NCBI RefSeq assembly: GCF_964355755.1
Contig: NC_092672.1
Coordinates: 19,853,237 to 19,917,236, forward strand
Reading direction: 5' to 3'
Length of the DNA: 64,000 bases
From: Antedon mediterranea
Lineage: Eukaryota > Animalia > Echinodermata
Every line of letters starts with the position of its first letter. Within the stretch, counting starts at the first letter, position 1. A program made the translations under genes and the position numbers. Under the pieces are notes generated by a model. It had not been told where the DNA came from. It saw only the letters and a program-made list of their open reading frames with translations, and did no database searches. Positions 59,062 to 64,000 of the stretch are shown here, one piece after another.

Positions 59062-60042
59062 TTTTATTTTATAATTGCATTATATTTGGTTTTATAGTCG
59101 AACCTGTTTCAAGAGCATTATTCATCATGCATACAGATTCACAAAATGTAAAATTGTCATAATAAAAATGCTTAAAGTAATTTTTGTGTATTCCTTGAAA
59201 CACATAAAACGGTTATGTTTTTTAAAGAAACCTATGTTGGATCGCATTGTACTTTATTTCCTTGCACCTGTTTTTAACTGTACATGAGACAGTATGCGTT
59301 TGTAGTTCTAATCAACTATATGATAAAACAAGGACAACCTATGGTGTAAATTTTACAGAATATATTGAATTGCCCTGGTTATCAGATAAAAGTGTTGGTC
59401 TTTTGTACAACAATTTGCATTCAAGTATTAATATAGAAAAAGCATTATATATTTTAGATTTGTTTGTATTTCAGCATTACCTACTTGTAGAGCTAGAATT
59501 AATATATTATTAATTGATAGAGGAGGCATTGCTTGAGGAAGTGTTGATAGATGAGACATTTATTTACTCAACATCATGTTCAGTACTTTTAGTCCTAGTA
59601 CTGTATTTATATTGATTATTGTCAAAATTAGAGGAAGGGATAGTATTTAGGTTGAGTTTAAAGCCACAATCTGCAGATGATCCCAATGATTGCTTCACAT
59701 TCTTTGCCATTGTGATGAGCTGTCAAAATTAGAGGAAGGGAAAGTATTTAGGTTGAGTTTAAAGCCACAATCTGCAGATGATCCCAATGATTGCTTCATT
59801 CTTTGCCATTGTGATGAGCTGTCACACAAGTTTCTTTTTATCATTAAGTATCTACCTCTAGTATTCAAATAACTCACAATATTATCATCATGTTTTTATG
59901 TCTGTGAAAAGAAGCTGTGTATTTATTAATGCAGTTTACTTTAATATAAAATATTTTTATTTGAATTGAAAAATTGTTTTTTTTTATAACTTAAACAAGC
60001 ATTATACATTGTTTTTGCATTTTCTTTCAGTTTAGCAATACA

Positions 60043-60821
60043 ATGGATCTCCATGGAAGGCTGGTTAATCTTTGTGCAAAAAATGGTCTTGAGGTAGGCA
60101 AGTTTACACATTTTTAGGATAATAGCATTTAACCAGCAACAATTATAGCAACACTATCACATTAACAACATAATAAATTGTTCTATTAGCTTATGTTATG
60201 GAATCAAAAGAGAACTAAAACAAGTAACTAAATAAATTAAATAGTGACAAAATTACAGTATTACAATGAACAAAATAATCACTGTAGTGCTTCTATGCTG
60301 TTGGCTCATTTGATGTGATTGTTTTGATTTAATTATTTGAGTTTGACCAGCATAATACTGTACATCAACACATTAACATACAATACAACATAGAGATGAA
60401 AAATGCTGGGCAGGGGCAGCTTAAGCAAAATACATTGCTGTAAATCAAATGAACCAGATACCCCTCATACAAAAATAAATATTTAAAAAATAATTAAATA
60501 CAAATTTCATTAAAATTTTTCTATACAAATATGTTTACAAAATTAATGTAAATACAAAATTTAAGACAAGAAGAAAAAAAACAGATTTTTTTGGGGAATC
60601 TAATATATTATGATAATAATATAATATAATGGCTGTAATTTAATACAACATGGAATTTATGTTGTTGTCTATGTTTACTATAGTATTATGTATTTTACTG
60701 AAAAATATAACTGAATGCATATTGATGTATATGTTTTATTTCATAGATTGCAAGAGAAAAAACTGCTGAAGAAATTTGCCATTTCATTGTTAGCAACCAT
60801 GCTGTCAACATCAAGAACCAG
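60043..60821 (+). CDS. First coding exons of a second gene (MDLHGRLVNLCAKNGLE / IAREKTAEEICHFIVSNHAVNIKNQ), ankyrin-like
   Basis: Exon 60031-60093 (ttttctttcag|, ATG 60043, GAG|gtagg) and exon 60747-60821 (ttcatag|, CAG|gtatac), both phase 0. VNIKNQ resembles an ankyrin-repeat end. Confidence 0.6.
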
Positions 60822-62112
60822 GTATACATCAATTTGTTTTCCTTTGTAATGAATTTGATATACAACGTTAAATTACTTGACACAAATTAAAGTACATCAA
60901 TACTAATTTGTTTTTAAGATCTTTTATAATTGTTCTCTGGTTGCATATTTGCAGTTAACATTCACACTGATTGTTAAAAGCATCATATTATTTGTTTCAC
61001 TTCTTTAGCATTTTTTAGTGTTAAAAAGTATATTGTGTGTCTATATCTTATCTTAGCTGTCTGTTAGATGGTTTGTCAATATAATTTAGTACATTAGTCT
61101 TTCAGTACAATTTGCTTAGACAATTTGATTGGCTAATACCCGATTTGAATAATGGCTTGGTAACCCCATGGTAACCCAACCCCTGTAATTGTAATTAATT
61201 TCAGAATCTGAACAATGATATAATTATTCATCTGTAGAACAAATAACTAAACAAACTTCATAAGAAATATATACATCACTGAAAAAAAATACAAGGCACA
61301 AGGCAGTGAAAAAAAGGATGAACAGGTGTCAAACACTTCTATCCACATTGGACCCCTTGTACAAATAACAAAACATAAAAACACAAACATTTAGGATATA
61401 AAAATAGCTGAAATGGTACTATTTTCAGTTTCATATATAAAGCACACAGACGCAACATGCCAACATTTAAGACCTGGCCACAACAAGCATAATGGAGGTA
61501 CACACCTAATTGGTGACAGTGGCTAAGGCTGCTTTTGTGCTTTCCTACATTGTCATTCATGCTTATATTAACAAATAATGCCTATTTTTCTCTCTCTCTC
61601 TTTTGAATATAGATTACTTTTTAAAGGCACATAATTTAGCTCATCAGCTTTTGTATTTTTGTAATATGAACAAATTTCACACAGCAGTTTCATTTATTAA
61701 ACTTTATCACTGAAAGAAAAATACAAGGCACAAAAAGGCAGTGAAAAAAGTGATGAACAGGTGGCAAGCACTTCTATCCACATTGGACCCCTTGTACAAA
61801 TAACAAAACATAAAAACACAAACATTTAAGATATAAAAATAGCTGAAATTATAATATTTTCAGTTTCATATATAAAGCGCAACATGCCATCATTTACAAC
61901 CTGGATTTCACACAGCAGTTTGAAACAAACAATTCAATTTTCCATTTATAAAAAAATATTAACATAATTAAAAAACTATTCATTAAACATTAACAATTCA
62001 ACAGATTTAGTTATTCAAGTTATTTAAAATGACATTAAATGCTGTATAAGTATTAATGTGTATTACAACTAAAAATATCAATGTTAGGAAAAATTTAACT
62101 AGATCATTATAA

Positions 62113-62277
62113 AGCTCTGTTTACACTATTAAACTTTATGTGACAAAAAAATGTGATTTGCCCATATATGGACAAAATGATGCCATATCACCACCATATT
62201 TGGGCAAATCACCACCATATTTGGGCACATCACACATTTTTTTGTAAATCTAGTCTAGTGATAGTGTAGACATAGCT
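62113..62277. mobile_element. Short MITE
   Basis: agctctgtttacactat / atagtgtagacatagct. Confidence 0.55.
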
Positions 62278-64000
62278 GAAGTTGAGCAACATGACAGAAA
62301 GAACTGTTTTTACTATATAACAGGCACATGAACATGAGTTTTAAACCGCCTGATTATATACTGAAATTTGATTAATTAATTTGAAACAATAAAGATGAGG
62401 AAACATAAGAATATTTAAATTACAAATAAATTGACATTTAGTCCTTAATTATGACACTCAAAATCTTAAAACATTAATCCTCTCAACATTTTAAAAATTC
62501 TATAAGAATAATATTTAATATAATGTTGTTTTACTCTACTATCACTTTGTTCTATATTTATTTTACTGCATGTTTGTGTCTTTGTCTTTCTTATTCTGAA
62601 ATATTTAAAGTTATTGGTGAACTCTACACAGTAGGCACATTGTAAATAAACTATAGAAATTGATACCAAGAACTATGTTTATCGTCATTCTTTTAGAGAA
62701 TCAAGACAGATTTTGTGGATTCATTTATTTCAAGATGGATATTTTCAATAATCCTCATTATGGGATAATTTTAAAAATATGTTACCACTGTTATAATAGA
62801 CAAACCAATTTCACAAGAAGAAAATATGTGAATGAAATCATTAAGATTAGATTTGGGTTATGGCTGGTAGATTGTATACATTACAATTCGTACTAATTGT
62901 GATAATATAATAAGACACACTATCACTCTAATAAATAGTAAACTGAATCAACAAATTAAACTTATTATAAATGATGGCAAATAATCACAATAAAAGCTTA
63001 AAAAATGCTTGCTCATTTGACTGGCACATAATTAGTATGTTATGTTCAGGCCTAATTTGTCTAATTTTTTCTTAAGTACTTGACTACAGTCGGTAGTATA
63101 ATAGCAATAATACTTGTTATTCTTTCAATGATTATTATTATTTTTTTTTTTTACCATATTTAATGAGGGTGATCCATCCAGCAATTGCTGATCATTAGGG
63201 ACCCTCAGAGGTTCACAAGACAAACATATACACAAGATACTCTACATAAACAAAGTCTTATTACAAGTTTTTGGGAGTGGAGTTGTAATGTTTTCTGACA
63301 TGTGACAGGACTTGAACCCAGGATCCTTAATTATGATAACACACTGTCTGTTATTATTTCATAGATCCTAAATGTATATCAAAGCAATGCTGAAAATTAG
63401 TATTATACAATGTTTGTTATAAAAGACATTAAGTTTTAATTGATTAATTTTATTGATTAAAATTTTTTTATTAGATTTATATTTTTTGCACGACAAAATA
63501 ATATGAAAGAAAATATATACTAAATAATTGTGAATAAAAAGTGAGGTTATGATTACACTGTCAACAATTGTGATGTACAAAATAAAAATGCCTACACACA
63601 AAACACACACAATAAACAGTAGGCCTAAATGATTATCAACAAGCTATTACAAGTTGGAGTGGTGCAATTGAATATTAACAGCTACCAACACAATTTGAAA
63701 TTTAAAATAAATTGTCCAGTTTTATAATTGCACTGTAAAATAATCCTATAAATGAAATTGTTTAAAACATGTAGGATACCTTTTATTTTCACAATAGTTT
63801 TGCATTAAAATAAAATTGATTATAGATGATATAGTTAGTATACTGTTATCTGCTTAATATTTCAGAATATAAATACCTTGATCATGAGCATAAGAATAGT
63901 TTACAAAAAAACAATACATTTTACAATGCTTTGTAGAAATAATCATTTAAAATTGATTGTTGTTTTTAGAAAAATCATTTTCAACATTGAAAAAAATATT

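Noticed and set aside
61339-61560. Minus-strand ORF containing YLHYACC, ankyrin-like
   Set aside because: Opposite strand to the candidate gene, no convincing splice sites, and only a short motif match.

Overview
This is AT-rich, intron-containing eukaryotic DNA. The style suggests a marine invertebrate, possibly an echinoderm, but the taxon is inference only. The main gene is a + strand multi-exon ROCO-family gene that the ORF track mostly misses. I reconstructed it by hand from 15 GT-AG exons between 1079 and 24004; its P-loop exon lies upstream of the window. It encodes a Roc GTPase (STDGI switch I, WDYAGQ, ATHVDK), a COR domain, a Cys/His-rich segment, two duplicated Ser/Thr mini-exons and two paralogous death-effector-domain (DED)-like terminal exons, one truncated and one intact tandem DED. 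An in-frame TGA in the WDYAGQ exon suggests this copy may be decaying. Its stop codon lies inside a 107-bp tandem array. Downstream (about 28.0-34.6 kb) is an intronless, degenerate cluster of orphan ORFs whose reading frame is restored when inserted transposons are removed; it may be a viral or large-element relic. The start of a second + strand gene, ankyrin-like and possibly the next paralog, appears at 60043-60821. The rest is densely nested mobile DNA (Harbinger-, P-, IS3EU-, MULE-, Kolobok-, Helitron/HINE-like elements, LINE and Penelope fragments with hammerhead-like motifs) plus at least seven independent local tandem-repeat expansions. No database searches were run; family calls rest on recognised motifs, TIRs and TSDs.
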